Shown here: piece after piece, positions 22,133 through 32,670 of the stretch
Position numbering within the stretch: the stretch's first letter is position 1
Layout: the number at the start of each line of letters is the position of its first letter
Assembly: GCA_965203515.1 (NCBI GenBank)
Contig: OZ241907.1
Location: 3,968,001 to 4,032,000, forward strand
Source: Spirochaetia bacterium
Lineage (GTDB): Bacteria; Spirochaetota; Spirochaetia; SZUA-6; Bin103
Direction: 5' to 3'
DNA: 64,000 bases
Position numbers and translations under genes: made by a program
Notes under the pieces: generated by a model
Databases searched by the model: none
Told to the model about the DNA's origin: nothing
The model's input: the letters and a program-made list of their open reading frames with translations, nothing else

Positions 22133-23012
22133 TGGCGGCCATGGTGAAGCGATCCACGTTCCGGTACTGCTGCAGGCGGTGGTCGACCGGCTGCAGCCGC
22201 CGCGTCCGCGCAGCACGTTCGTCGACGTCACCCTGGGGGAAGCCGGCCACGCCGCGGCCATGCTGGCCCGTTACCCGGACATCACGCTGCTCGGCTCCGA
22301 TGCCGACGCCGCGCTGCTGGACCGCAGCCGCGACCGGCTCAGCGCCTACGCCGGCCGGTTTCGGCTGCGGCAGGCGTGGTCCGATGAGGCGCTGGGGGCG
22401 TTGGACCCCGGCAGCGTGGAGCTGATCCTCATGGACCTGGGTATGTGCCGCTTCCACGTCGAGCGCAGCGCGCGCGGCTTCTCGTTCCTGCGCGACCAAC
22501 CGCTCGACATGCGCTTCGACCCGCGCCGCGGCGCGTCCGCCGCCGAGCTGGTGCACCGCAGCTCGCGGTCCGAGTTGTGCGATCTGCTGGCCCGCTTCGG
22601 CGGCGACCGCAACGCACGGGCGCACGCGCTGGCGATCGAGCGCGCGCGCCGGCGGCAGCCGATCGAAACTACCTATCAACTCGCCCGCGCCATCCTGGCC
22701 GCCACCCCGTGGCGGGGCGGCGGACGTCATCCCGCCGCCCAGGTCTTCCAGGCGTTGCGCGTGGCCGTCAATGACGAGGTCGGGAGGTTGCGGCGTTCGC
22801 TCGCCGCCGCCGCCCGATCGCTGCGTCCGGGCGGCCGCCTCGCCGTGATCGCCTTTCACTCGATCGACGACGGCATCGTGAAGCGGTATCCGGCCGAGGA
22901 CCCCGGGGTGGCGGCGGTGACCGGACGGCCGGAGATGCCGGCGGGCGACGAGGTGCGGGCCAATCCCGCGTCGCGCAGCGCCCGCCTGCGCGTGCTGGAG
23001 CGACTGCCGTGA
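22110..23012 (+). CDS. rsmH: 16S rRNA m4C1402 methyltransferase RsmH
   Basis: HVPVLL, DVTLGEAGH, RGFSF..PLDMRF, FQALRVAVNDE, NPASRSARLR. Confidence 0.92.
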   Translation: MATASSSDGGHGEAIHVPVLLQAVVDRLQPPRPRSTFVDVTLGEAGHAAAMLARYPDITLLGSDADAALLDRSRDRLSAYAGRFRLRQAWSDEALGALDPGSVELILMDLGMCRFHVERSARGFSFLRDQPLDMRFDPRRGASAAELVHRSSRSELCDLLARFGGDRNARAHALAIERARRRQPIETTYQLARAILAATPWRGGGRHPAAQVFQALRVAVNDEVGRLRRSLAAAARSLRPGGRLAVIAFHSIDDGIVKRYPAEDPGVAAVTGRPEMPAGDEVRANPASRSARLRVLERLP

Positions 23013-23377
23013 CCCTCACCACCGGCCGCCAGCGGCTGCTGGCGATCTTCGTGGCGCTGATGTTACCGCTGGCGGTGCTGATGACCACGTGGAGCGGGCT
23101 GCACCGCCATCTGCTGGCCGAGGAGCTGCAGGCGCTGGAGCGCGAACAGTCGGCGTGGCTGGAGCAGAACAAGCGCCTGCTGACGAAGATCGCGATCTAC
23201 CGATCGCCGCAGCGCATATCGGTGCTGGCCGAGCGCGACCTGGGTCTGACGCCGATCAGCGCCGAGCACCTGACCATCGTCGAGCCGGCCGCGGCCGCCG
23301 TCGAACAGGCCGCCGTCGAACAAGCCGCCGTCGAACGGCCGGCCGGCGTCGCGCGGCGGGAGGCGGCGGCGCGATGA
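23009..23377 (+). CDS. ftsL: cell division protein FtsL
   Basis: TM plus coiled coil, SPQRISVLAERDLGL; position after rsmH. Confidence 0.8.
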   Translation: MTLTTGRQRLLAIFVALMLPLAVLMTTWSGLHRHLLAEELQALEREQSAWLEQNKRLLTKIAIYRSPQRISVLAERDLGLTPISAEHLTIVEPAAAAVEQAAVEQAAVERPAGVARREAAAR

Positions 23378-24765
23378 ACTACACCGTGCATGAGATCGCC
23401 GGCATGCTCGGTGCCGGATTGCGCGGCCGCTCCGGCGCGCGCGTGAGCGCGGTCACCAACGACTCGCGCGAGGCGCGCTCCGGGTCGCTGTTCGTCGCCC
23501 TGCCCGGTCAGCACGCCGACGGCCACGACTTCGTGGACGACGCCTTTCGGCGAGGAGCGACAGCGGCGCTGGTGCGCCGGGACCGTCACGTCGAGTCCCG
23601 CGAGCACGGCGCGCTGATCGCGGTCGACGACCCGTTGACCGCGCTCTACGACTTGGCCCGCAGGCACGGCGCGGCCCACGGCGCCGCCGTACGCATCGCC
23701 GTCACCGGCAGCAGCGGCAAGACCACCACCAAGGAAATCCTGGGAGCGATACTGCGCCGGCACGACCGCAGTCTGATCTCCGAAGCGTCGTTCAACGCCG
23801 AGATCGGGCTGCCGATGTCGGTGCTGCGCATGGCCGGCGACGAGCGGTACGCGGTGTTCGAGGTCGGCATCGACTCCGTGGGCGAGATGGAGCGCTACGC
23901 GGCGCTCGCGCAGCCCGACCACGCGGTGATCACCAACGTGGGCAGCGCCCACGTCGGCCGCATCGGCAGCCGGCGCGACATCGCCCGAGAGAAGGGCGCG
24001 TTGTTACGGTCGGTCGCGCCGTCCGGGCGCGTCTACGTGCGCGAGCGGGAACCGGAGGCCGATCGGTTGCTGGCCGACGTGCGCGCCAAGGTCGTTCGGT
24101 TTGGATCGAATTCGACGACCGGGTATGAGAGAAGCGAGAATCTGGGGCTGCATGGCTGGGTCATCCACTGGGAGGAGCTCCAGATCCGGTTCTCTCTACC
24201 CGGTCGCCATAACCTCGACAACGCCTTGGCGGCGCTGTCGGTGGCGTCGGAGCTTCAGTGCGATCCGCGCACCGTCGCCGCCGGCATCGAGGCGGTGCGG
24301 CCGGCGCCGGGTCGCCTGTGCGTCCATCGTGCGCGGTGCACGGTCATCCACGACGGCTACAACGCCAACCCGGAGTCGGTCCGGGCCGCTCTGGCGGTGC
24401 TGCGCGACGCGGGACCGCCGCCCGGACCCGATCGGCGCGCCGTTCGCCGGGTGGCGGTGCTGGGACCGATGCTGGAGCTGGGCCGCTACGGCCCCCGCGC
24501 GCATCTCGACCTGTTGCCGCCGCTGATCGAAGCCGGGATCGATGTCCTGTGCTGCTTCGGTGCGGCCACGCGTGCGCTCTGTCGCTCATTTGCGGGCGCG
24601 GCCGGCGGCGCCTCGGACCGCGCGATCTGGACGGAGACGATCGAAGAGATCGACGACCGGCTGCGTGACGTCGTCCGGGACGGCGACCTGGTGCTGCTGA
24701 AGGCATCGCGCGCCTTTCGCATCGAACGGCTGCTCCCGGCGTTGGGCGCCGGCGAGGGCCGGTAG
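23374..24765 (+). CDS. murF: UDP-MurNAc-tripeptide D-Ala-D-Ala ligase
   Basis: DSR, DGHDF, VTGSSGKTTTKE, FNAEIGLP, DGYNANPES, LLKASR. Confidence 0.92.
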   Translation: MNYTVHEIAGMLGAGLRGRSGARVSAVTNDSREARSGSLFVALPGQHADGHDFVDDAFRRGATAALVRRDRHVESREHGALIAVDDPLTALYDLARRHGAAHGAAVRIAVTGSSGKTTTKEILGAILRRHDRSLISEASFNAEIGLPMSVLRMAGDERYAVFEVGIDSVGEMERYAALAQPDHAVITNVGSAHVGRIGSRRDIAREKGALLRSVAPSGRVYVREREPEADRLLADVRAKVVRFGSNSTTGYERSENLGLHGWVIHWEELQIRFSLPGRHNLDNALAALSVASELQCDPRTVAAGIEAVRPAPGRLCVHRARCTVIHDGYNANPESVRAALAVLRDAGPPPGPDRRAVRRVAVLGPMLELGRYGPRAHLDLLPPLIEAGIDVLCCFGAATRALCRSFAGAAGGASDRAIWTETIEEIDDRLRDVVRDGDLVLLKASRAFRIERLLPALGAGEGR

Positions 24766-24773
24766 CGATCGCC

Positions 24774-26000
24774 ATGGCAAACGGTGACATGCCGGCGGGG
24801 CAGCGCCCGACCGACCTGACGTTGCTCGTCATCCTGATCACGCTCACCGGCATCGGGCTGGGGGTGCTCCTGTCGGCGTCGCACTCCTACGGGCAGCGGG
24901 TGTTCGGCGACTCGCTCTACTTCGTGCGGCGTCAAGCGCTGTTCATCGTGCTCGGGACGATCGCCGCCGTGGTCGGCTCGCGGCTCGACGGCAAGGTCCT
25001 CAAGCGCGTGTCGATACCGCTGCTGGCATTGGCGGCCGTGCTGATGGTGCTCACGCTGATCCCCGGCGTCAGCCGGCCGATCATGGGGGCGCGGCGCTGG
25101 TTGCTGGTGGCCGGGATGTCGTTCGAGCCGTCGGAGCTGGTCAAGTTCGCGCTGGTCCTCTATCTGGCGTCGATGTTGTCGCGCAAGTACGAGGCGCGCA
25201 CCGATGCCGTGAACACGCTGCTGCCGCCGGTCATCGTGGTCTGCATCTTCGCGGCGCTGATCTACTTGCAGAACGACTTTTCCACCGCCGCGCTGCTGAT
25301 GCTGGTGACCGCCATCATTTTCTTCGTGGCGCGCGTGCAGTTCCGGTACTTCGTCGCCCTGGCGTTGGTCAGCATCCCGTTGGCGGTGGTCATGGTCTTC
25401 ACCCGCGTCCATCGCGTGCAGCGGGTGATCGCGTTCTTCAATCCGGAGTCCGACCCGACCGGATCGGGATATCAGGTGCTGCAGGCGCGGAACGCGCTCA
25501 CCTCCGGAGGGCTGACCGGCCTCGGCCTCGGGCAGGGCGTCCGCAAGCTCGGCGACGTTCCGGAGATCCACTCCGACTTCGTGTTCGCCGTGGTCGGCGA
25601 GGAGGCGGGACTGATCGGCGTCGTGATCGTGTTGGCGCTGTTCGTGGCGTTCGCCTCCCGCGGCTATCGGATAGCGGGAATGGCTCGGGACCGTTTCGAC
25701 GCCTACCTCGCGTGCGGCGTCACCACCTCCGTAACGGTGCAGGCGTTGGCTAACATCGCCGTGGTCGCCGGCCTGCTGCCGGCGACCGGGATTCCGTTGC
25801 CGCTGTTCTCTTCCGGCGGCTCCGCCATGGTGATGACCTTGGCGATGGCAGGCGTCCTCTGCGGCATCAGCCGGCGCTCGGCCGGCGGGGCCATTGCGTC
25901 CGGCGGGGCCACAGCGGCTGGCGGGGCCACAGCGGTCGGCGGGGCGACTGCGGCCGGCGGGACCGCCCGGCTCCGGCCGGCAGGACCGCGCCGTGCGTAG
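24774..26000 (+). CDS. ftsW: peptidoglycan polymerase FtsW (SEDS)
   Basis: GARRW, EPSELVK, GYQ, PEIHSDFVFAVVGEE, TGIPLPLFSSGGS. Confidence 0.95.
   Translation: MANGDMPAGQRPTDLTLLVILITLTGIGLGVLLSASHSYGQRVFGDSLYFVRRQALFIVLGTIAAVVGSRLDGKVLKRVSIPLLALAAVLMVLTLIPGVSRPIMGARRWLLVAGMSFEPSELVKFALVLYLASMLSRKYEARTDAVNTLLPPVIVVCIFAALIYLQNDFSTAALLMLVTAIIFFVARVQFRYFVALALVSIPLAVVMVFTRVHRVQRVIAFFNPESDPTGSGYQVLQARNALTSGGLTGLGLGQGVRKLGDVPEIHSDFVFAVVGEEAGLIGVVIVLALFVAFASRGYRIAGMARDRFDAYLACGVTTSVTVQALANIAVVAGLLPATGIPLPLFSSGGSAMVMTLAMAGVLCGISRRSAGGAIASGGATAAGGATAVGGATAAGGTARLRPAGPRRA
25884..25955 (+). repeat. imperfect 18-bp tandem repeat in the ftsW 3' end (GGA[I/T]A[S/A/V] x4)
   Basis: GGCGGGGCCACAGCGGCT-like units at 25884, 25902, 25920, 25938. 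Confidence 0.8.
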
Positions 26001-26808
26001 GGCTGCGCGCGTCGTGCTGTTGGCCGGGGGCGTGGTGGCGCTGGGACTCCTGACGCAGGTATTGTTCAGCGGTCTCATCGCCCCGAAGCTTCTGATCAGG
26101 AAGATCGTCGTGCATGGCGACCTGCCGTTGTCGACCGTTGCGCTGACGCGCCTGGCCGGGCTCGACGGCAGCGATCACGTGTTCGACGTCGATACGGAGG
26201 CGGTCGCCGAACGGATCGCCGCGCATCCGATGGTGCAATCGGCATCGGTGCGCACGCGGATTCCCGGCACGCTGGAGGTCAACGTCGTGCGGCGCCGGCC
26301 GCTGGCGATGGCGCTGGCCACGATCGACGATCGCAGCGTGGCGGTGGTGTTCGACGCGTCCGGGGTCATCATCCAGGTCGATCCGGTCTCGATCCCGGAG
26401 CTGCCGGTCGTGTCCGGGCTGCAGTTCGTCCGGCGGCCGCGGCCGGGGGTCACCCTCCCGGACGATCTGTTGCCGGCGATCGCCGCCCTGGCTTCCATCC
26501 GCGACGGCGATTCGCGGCTGTACGGGCTGATCTCGGAGTTGGTGGTGACGACCACCGATGCCGGCATGCTCGACCTGTCGTTCTATCCCAGCATCTATCC
26601 GGTCGCGGTGCGGTTGGGACCGCGTCTCGACGTGGAAGCGGTCAGACACGCCTTCGTGGCGCTCGACGTGCTCGACGCCGACGGCGCGCAGATGCCGTCG
26701 GAGATCGATTTCCGCGCCGGCGAGGCGGTCTACGTCGAGTCGACCGGCGCCGGATCGCAGGTGGCCGCGCCGCGCGCGGCCGCCGGGCGCCCGAAGGGAG
26801 GAGGGTAA
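25993..26808 (+). CDS. ftsQ: cell division protein FtsQ/DivIB
   Basis: TM plus POTRA (HPMVQSASV..PGTLEV), C-terminal EIDFR; between ftsW and ftsA. Confidence 0.85.
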   Translation: MRRAARVVLLAGGVVALGLLTQVLFSGLIAPKLLIRKIVVHGDLPLSTVALTRLAGLDGSDHVFDVDTEAVAERIAAHPMVQSASVRTRIPGTLEVNVVRRRPLAMALATIDDRSVAVVFDASGVIIQVDPVSIPELPVVSGLQFVRRPRPGVTLPDDLLPAIAALASIRDGDSRLYGLISELVVTTTDAGMLDLSFYPSIYPVAVRLGPRLDVEAVRHAFVALDVLDADGAQMPSEIDFRAGEAVYVESTGAGSQVAAPRAAAGRPKGGG

Positions 26809-26810
26809 CG

Positions 26811-28049
26811 TTGGCACGAGACGAGCTGATCGTCGGCTTGGACATCGGCACCAGCAAGGTGTGCGCGATCATCGCGCAGGTCGGCCACGACGGCCGGATG
26901 GAGATCATCGGCGTCGGCAACACCCCGTCGCGGGGGCTGCGGCGCGGCGTGGTCATCAACATCGACGCCACCGTCCGGTCGGTTCTGAACGCCGTGGAGG
27001 CCGCCGAGATGATGTCCGGCCGCGAAGTCACGGGAGCCTTCGCCGGTATCGCCGGAGGCCATATCGAGGGGGTCAACTCCCGCGGGGTAGTGGCGGTCAC
27101 CGGCAAAGACCGGGAGATCACCCGCGAGGACGTGGACCGGGTGATCGACGCCGCCAAGGCGATCGTCATACCGATGGACCGCGAGGTCGTCCACGTCATC
27201 CCGCAGGAGTTCACCGTCGACCAGCAGGACGGCGTACGCGACCCGCTCGGCATGGTCGGCGTGCGGTTGGAGGCCGAGGTCCACGTCATCACCGGTGCGG
27301 TGTCGTCGGCGCAGAACATCATCCGCTGCGTCAATCGGGCCGGCGTCAAGGCCGACGACATCGTCCTGGAGCCGCTGGCGGCCGCCGAGGCGGTATTGAC
27401 CAAGGATGAGCGGGAACTGGGCGTGCTGCTGGTCGACATCGGCGGCGGCACCACCGACATCCTGGTCTACCTGGACGGGGCGCCGTATCACACCGACGTG
27501 CTCGCCCTCGGCGGCGACCAGGTCACCAGCGACATTTCGATCATGCTGAAGACGCCGCTGGAGGTGGCCGAGCGTCTGAAGCACGAGGCCGGGAGCTGTC
27601 GGCCGGACGATACGGAGGACCAGGAGATCGAAGCGAGCATTCCCGGCGTCGGCGGCCGGCCGGCGCGGCCGATCAAGCGAAGCCGCCTCACGGAGATCAT
27701 CCGGCCGCGCATGACGGAGGTGTTCGGCATGGTGAAGGACCAACTCGACCGTTCCGGTTACCTGAAGCTGCTGAGCGGGGGAGCCGTGCTCACCGGCGGC
27801 GGCGCGTTGCTGCCCGGAGCCGCGGAGTTGGCGACCGAGGTACTGGGGCTGCCGGCCCGCATCGGCTATCCGACGACGCTGGGCGGACTGGTGGAGGAGT
27901 ATCGCAGTCCGCAGTTCGCGACCGGGGTAGGGTTGGTGCTGTACGGCCGCGGCAAGCGGGGGCCGGAGCATTTCGACATGAACACCAGCGAAAGCGGATA
28001 CGACAGCGTATGGGATCGCATGAAGCGCTGGTTCCGCGAATTCATCTGA
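26811..28049 (+). CDS. ftsA: cell division protein FtsA
   Basis: [26 protein letters not shown]-terminal amphipathic [10 protein letters not shown]. Confidence 0.97.
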   Translation: MARDELIVGLDIGTSKVCAIIAQVGHDGRMEIIGVGNTPSRGLRRGVVINIDATVRSVLNAVEAAEMMSGREVTGAFAGIAGGHIEGVNSRGVVAVTGKDREITREDVDRVIDAAKAIVIPMDREVVHVIPQEFTVDQQDGVRDPLGMVGVRLEAEVHVITGAVSSAQNIIRCVNRAGVKADDIVLEPLAAAEAVLTKDERELGVLLVDIGGGTTDILVYLDGAPYHTDVLALGGDQVTSDISIMLKTPLEVAERLKHEAGSCRPDDTEDQEIEASIPGVGGRPARPIKRSRLTEIIRPRMTEVFGMVKDQLDRSGYLKLLSGGAVLTGGGALLPGAAELATEVLGLPARIGYPTTLGGLVEEYRSPQFATGVGLVLYGRGKRGPEHFDMNTSESGYDSVWDRMKRWFREFI

Positions 28050-28078
28050 GGTATCGAGCATCGAAAGGAGGGGAAACG

Positions 28079-29233
28079 ATGACGATCGAGATACACGGGG
28101 AGTCCCGACCGCTCACGGAGATCAAGGTCCTGGGGGTAGGAGGGGGCGGCAGCAACGCGGTCAACCGCATGATCGCCTCCGGGCTGCGCAACGTGCGCTT
28201 CCTGGCGGTGAACACCGACCTGCAGGCGCTGGAGCTGAGCCGGGCGGAGATCAAGGTGCCGATCGGGTCGCGCCTTACCCAGGGGCTGGGAGCCGGGGGC
28301 GATCCGGAGGTCGGCGAGAAGGCGGCGTTGGAGGATCAGCAACGGCTCGAAGAGGTGGTTCGCGACGCCAACATGGTCTTCATCACCGCCGGCATGGGGG
28401 GAGGCACCGGCACCGGAGCGGCGCCGGTGATCGCGCGCACGGCTCGGGAGGCGGAGATTCTCACGGTCGCCGTGGTGACCAAGCCGTTCGCCTTCGAAGG
28501 CAAGCAGAAGATGAAGCTGGCCGAGTCCGGGATCGAGCGGCTGCGCCAGGAGGTCGACACGCTCATCATCATCCCCAATGAGCAGTTGCTGCAAGTGGTG
28601 GAGAAGAACACGCCGGTCAAGGAAGCCTTCTATCTCGCCGACGACGTGCTGCGCCAGGGGGTGCAGGGCATCTCCGACCTGATCACCGAGCCGGGCGTGA
28701 TCAACATCGATTTCGCCGACGTGCGCACGGTCATGAAGGAGAAGGGCGATGCGCTGATGGGGGTCGGCGTCGGTACGGGCGAAAACCGCGCCGTGGACGC
28801 CGCGACCGCCGCCATCAACAATCCTCTGCTGGAACGCGAACGGATCGAGGGGGCGCAGGCGATCCTGATCAACGTGACCGGTGCCGGCGACCTGGGGCTG
28901 ACCGAGTTCCACGAGGTGTGCGAGCTCATCACCACCGCTTCCCAGGACGCGATGGTGATATCGGGAATGTCGGAAAATACCGACCTCAACGACGAGCTGC
29001 GCGTCACGGTGGTCGCCACCGGCTTCAACAGCAAGCCCCCTTCCGTCGAGCCGGAGCCGCAGGAGGAGGAGAGTGCCGACGGCAACGTCGAAGTGATCCC
29101 CTATGAGGAGTGGATGGCGCTGAACGGAAGAGGGGGGCGCGGCCCGGGATTCCAACGTCCGGGCGCTGACGAAGATCTCGACGTCCCGGCGGTGGTCCGC
29201 GAACGGCAGCGCTCCGCGCAGAGCAAGTCCTGA
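28079..29233 (+). CDS. ftsZ: cell division protein FtsZ
   Basis: [30 protein letters not shown]-terminal [17 protein letters not shown] upstream. Confidence 0.98.
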   Translation: MTIEIHGESRPLTEIKVLGVGGGGSNAVNRMIASGLRNVRFLAVNTDLQALELSRAEIKVPIGSRLTQGLGAGGDPEVGEKAALEDQQRLEEVVRDANMVFITAGMGGGTGTGAAPVIARTAREAEILTVAVVTKPFAFEGKQKMKLAESGIERLRQEVDTLIIIPNEQLLQVVEKNTPVKEAFYLADDVLRQGVQGISDLITEPGVINIDFADVRTVMKEKGDALMGVGVGTGENRAVDAATAAINNPLLERERIEGAQAILINVTGAGDLGLTEFHEVCELITTASQDAMVISGMSENTDLNDELRVTVVATGFNSKPPSVEPEPQEEESADGNVEVIPYEEWMALNGRGGRGPGFQRPGADEDLDVPAVVRERQRSAQSKS

Positions 29234-30108
29234 GCGATCTCGACGCCGAGTTCGGCATCCACCTCCGCGCGGAGCTGGCGCTGGCGGCGACCAGCGTCGC
29301 CACCTACCGGCAGGAGTGCCGCTCCTTCGAACGCTTCTGCGTCGAACGGGGCGTCTCCGTCGCGTCCGCCCGTACGGCCGACATCATCGACTACCTGATC
29401 GAGCGGCAGCGGGACGGAATCGACGCGCGCACCGCCGCCAAGTCGGTGAGCGCGCTGCGCGCCCTGTATCGCTTCCTGCAGGCCGAAGGCAGGGCGGCCG
29501 CCAACCCGGCCGCGCTGGTCGAGCCGCCGCGCCCGACCCGGCGGCTGCCGGACGTCCTCACCGCCTCCGACGTGGACCGGATGCTGGATGCGGTCGACCT
29601 GAGCACTCCGTCCGGGCTGCGCGACCGGGCGCTGTTCGAGATGCTCTATTCCTGCGGTCTGCGGGTCAGCGAAGCGGTGGCGTTGCAGGTGACCTCGCTC
29701 CATCCGGAGCAGCAGTTGATGACCGTTGCCGGCAAGGGCGGGCGGCAGCGTCTGATGCCGCTGATGGGCGCGGCGCTCGACTGGGTGCAGCGCTACCTTC
29801 GCGACGGCCGGCCGGCGCTGGCGCGGAACCCCGCAGAGGCGGCGCTCTTCCTCAACCGCTCCGGCCGCCGGCTGACGCGCGCGGGAATGTGGAAGCGGTT
29901 CCAGGACGCCGCCGCGCGCGCCGGAATCGCCGGCAAGCTGCACGCGCTTCGTCACTCGTTCGCCACTCACCTGCTCGGCGGCGGCGCCGATCTGCGGTCG
30001 GTGCAGGAGTTGCTCGGCCACGCCGACATCTCCACCACCCAGATATACACCCACCTCGACACCGCCGACCTGCGCGACGCCCACCGGCGCCATCATCCGC
30101 GAGATTGA
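29230..30108 (+). CDS. xerD: tyrosine recombinase XerD (CTG start inferred, overlapping the ftsZ stop)
   Basis: [30 protein letters not shown]; frame open upstream of the 29446 ORF to CTG at 29230 and encodes the SAM-like N-domain. Confidence 0.88.
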   Translation: MSDLDAEFGIHLRAELALAATSVATYRQECRSFERFCVERGVSVASARTADIIDYLIERQRDGIDARTAAKSVSALRALYRFLQAEGRAAANPAALVEPPRPTRRLPDVLTASDVDRMLDAVDLSTPSGLRDRALFEMLYSCGLRVSEAVALQVTSLHPEQQLMTVAGKGGRQRLMPLMGAALDWVQRYLRDGRPALARNPAEAALFLNRSGRRLTRAGMWKRFQDAAARAGIAGKLHALRHSFATHLLGGGADLRSVQELLGHADISTTQIYTHLDTADLRDAHRRHHPRD

Positions 30109-30177
30109 CCGCGGCATCTCGGCGTCCGTAAAGCGGCGCGGATTTCCCGCCGTTGGTAGGATCGGAGGATCGTACCG

Positions 30178-31197
30178 ATGGAGATGGAGGGGGAAGCCGC
30201 CGGCGCCGGCGGAGGCCGCGGGGAGTTCCGGGATATCCTCACCGCGGCGCTGGCGATCGATCGCATCGACTGCTTGACCGCGGCGGAGAAGCTGCGGCTG
30301 CTCGACCGCACCGCGGACACGGCGGCGGTGGCGCGGCTCACTCCGCGCGCGGTGCAGGCGGTATCGTCACGGCGCCTGCGCGCCGTTCCGCGGGAGCCGG
30401 GCCGGCTCCTGGAGGCGGCGATGCGGGAGCGCTCGCGCTTGACGCAACTCGGCGGAGGCTGCATTTTGTACGGTAGCGGGCGCTATCCGCCGTTGCTGAC
30501 GGCGATCCACGATCCGCCGTTTCTGCTGTACTACCGTGGCTACCACCCTGAGCTCCTTTCGTCCGCCGATCATCTGTCGGTCGTCGGCACCCGCCGACCG
30601 TCGGGCGCCGGGCGGCGCGCGGCGTTCGAGGTGGGATTCCACGCGGCGCGGCGGGGAGCGACCGTAGTGTCCGGGTTGGCGCGCGGCGTCGACGCGGAGG
30701 CGCACCGCGGGTGCCTGGCCGCTGACGGGCGCACGGTGGCGGTTCTGGGAACCGGGGTGGACACGATCTACCCAAGATCGAGCGAGTCGCTGGCGCGCGC
30801 GCTGATCGCCGGTGGCGGCGTGCTGCTGTCCGAGTACCGCTTGGGGACGCAGCCGCGCCGGTATCACTTCCCCAGCCGCAACCGGATCATCAGCGGCTTG
30901 GCGACCACGCTGATCGTCATCCAGGCGCCGGCCGGGTCGGGAGCGCTCATCACGGTCGATCACGCCCTCGATCAGGGCCGCGACGTGCTGGTGCATCCCG
31001 CCGGGCTGGGTGACGCGGTCTGTTCCGCCGGCAGCGCGGCCCTGGCGGCCGACGGCGCTCCGATCCTCGCTCCCGACGCCCCGGCATCGGCGCCGCGGTC
31101 CGGCGTCTCCGGCGCGGCGATGGGGCGCCGGCTGTCGCGGTCGCTGCGCTCCGAGCTGGCCGGCGTCTCGGCGCGCTATGGAGGCCCCGATGGTTGA
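30178..31197 (+). CDS. dprA: DNA-processing protein DprA/Smf
   Basis: YPPLL..DPPFLLYYRG, VVGTR, VSGLARGVD..AH, FPSRNRIISGL, SGALIT. Confidence 0.93.
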   Translation: MEMEGEAAGAGGGRGEFRDILTAALAIDRIDCLTAAEKLRLLDRTADTAAVARLTPRAVQAVSSRRLRAVPREPGRLLEAAMRERSRLTQLGGGCILYGSGRYPPLLTAIHDPPFLLYYRGYHPELLSSADHLSVVGTRRPSGAGRRAAFEVGFHAARRGATVVSGLARGVDAEAHRGCLAADGRTVAVLGTGVDTIYPRSSESLARALIAGGGVLLSEYRLGTQPRRYHFPSRNRIISGLATTLIVIQAPAGSGALITVDHALDQGRDVLVHPAGLGDAVCSAGSAALAADGAPILAPDAPASAPRSGVSGAAMGRRLSRSLRSELAGVSARYGGPDG

Positions 31198-32077
31198 CAC
31201 CTTCGTCGCCTACTTGCGCGCGGTGCGTCACAGCTCGCCCGCTACGGTGGGCGCGTACCGGCGTGAGGTGGAGCGGTTCCTGCAGTCGGCGGGCACCGAG
31301 GATCCGAGCTCGGTCGACGCCGCCGCGGTACGGCGCTACGTCGCGTCGCTGGTGCACGACGGCCTGGAGCCGCGGTCGGTGAATCGGGCCGTGAGCGCGG
31401 TCCGCGCGTTCTATCGGTTCCTGCGGCGCTACGATGCCGACGTGCCGGATCCGACCGCCGGTCTGCGCGGGCTGCGCGCCGATTCCCGGCTGCCGATCTT
31501 CCTGTTCGAGGATGAGGCGGCCGCCGTGGTGGAGGCGCCGGCCGACAGTCTGGTGGCGGAGCGCGATGCGGCGCTGCTGGAGTTCCTGTACGCGACCGGC
31601 TGCCGGGTCGCCGAGGTCGCGGCGCTCCGGCTCGACGACCTCCGGCTCGAAGCCCGTACCGCCCGGGTCACCGGCAAGGGCGGCAAGCAGCGGATGGTCT
31701 ATCTGAACGAGTCGGCGGCCGGCTCGCTGCAGGCGTATCTGCGCCGCCGGTTCGCGGGGCTGCCCAAGTCCCGGTCCGAGCCGGCGGTCTTCCTCAACCG
31801 GCGCGGCGGCGCCTTGAGCGATCGCGGCATGCGCGCGGTGGTGACCCGCTACCGCCGGCATGCCGGCAAACCGGTCTCCCCGCACACCTTCCGGCACAGC
31901 TTCGCGACTCACCTGCTCAACGGCGGGGCCGACATCCGCACGGTGCAGGAGCTGCTCGGCCATGCCAGCCTGTCGACGACCCAGGTCTACACGCATACCA
32001 GCGTCGACCGGCTCCGCGACGTCTACGCCGGCGCCCACCCGCACGCCGGGCGCGGCCGGACGGAAGCCGCCACGTGA
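31190..32077 (+). CDS. xerC: tyrosine recombinase XerC
   Basis: [41 protein letters not shown]; upstream of hslVU. Confidence 0.88.
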   Translation: MVDTFVAYLRAVRHSSPATVGAYRREVERFLQSAGTEDPSSVDAAAVRRYVASLVHDGLEPRSVNRAVSAVRAFYRFLRRYDADVPDPTAGLRGLRADSRLPIFLFEDEAAAVVEAPADSLVAERDAALLEFLYATGCRVAEVAALRLDDLRLEARTARVTGKGGKQRMVYLNESAAGSLQAYLRRRFAGLPKSRSEPAVFLNRRGGALSDRGMRAVVTRYRRHAGKPVSPHTFRHSFATHLLNGGADIRTVQELLGHASLSTTQVYTHTSVDRLRDVYAGAHPHAGRGRTEAAT

Positions 32078-32670
32078 AGCAGCACGCGACCACCGTGGTC
32101 GCGGTCCGGCGCGGCGGTACGCTGGCGATGGCGGCCGACGGTCAGGTGTCGCTCAACGCAATCGTACTCAAGGGCACCGCGCGCAAGGTGCGCACGCTGA
32201 TGGGCGGCCGGATCGCCGTCGGCTTCGCCGGCGGCACGGCCGACGCCTTCACGCTGTTCGAACGGTTCGAGGCGAAGGTGAAGGAGTACGGCGGAGATCT
32301 GATGCGTTCCTCGGTGGAGCTGGCGAAGGAGTGGCGTTCGGACCGCGTGCTGCGGCGCCTGGAGGCGTGGCTGGTGGCCGGGGACGCGCATGCCCTGTTT
32401 CTGATCACCGGCAACGGCGACGTAGTGGAGCCGGACCATCCGGTCGTCGGGATCGGTTCGGGCGGCGCGTACGCCGCCGCCGCGGCGCGGGCGTACCTCG
32501 ATGCCTCGGCTCTTCCGGCCCGCGAGATTGCGCGGCGGGCGATGACGATCGCCGCGGACATCTGCGTGTACACCAACGACCGGATCGTGATCGAGGAAGT
32601 TTCGAGCCCGGACCGGTCCGGCCCGGAACCGTCCGACCCGGGACCGTCCGAGCAAGGAGAAGGCGGTTGA
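32074..32670 (+). CDS. hslV: ATP-dependent protease subunit HslV
   Basis: HATTVVAV (Thr nucleophile), [27 protein letters not shown]. Confidence 0.96.
   Translation: MKQHATTVVAVRRGGTLAMAADGQVSLNAIVLKGTARKVRTLMGGRIAVGFAGGTADAFTLFERFEAKVKEYGGDLMRSSVELAKEWRSDRVLRRLEAWLVAGDAHALFLITGNGDVVEPDHPVVGIGSGGAYAAAAARAYLDASALPAREIARRAMTIAADICVYTNDRIVIEEVSSPDRSGPEPSDPGPSEQGEGG

Noticed and set aside
23374..26000. Missing mraY/murD/murG/ftsI within the dcw cluster
   Set aside because: A compact murF-ftsW order is known in Treponema, and an FtsI-like PBP is present at 42016-43887
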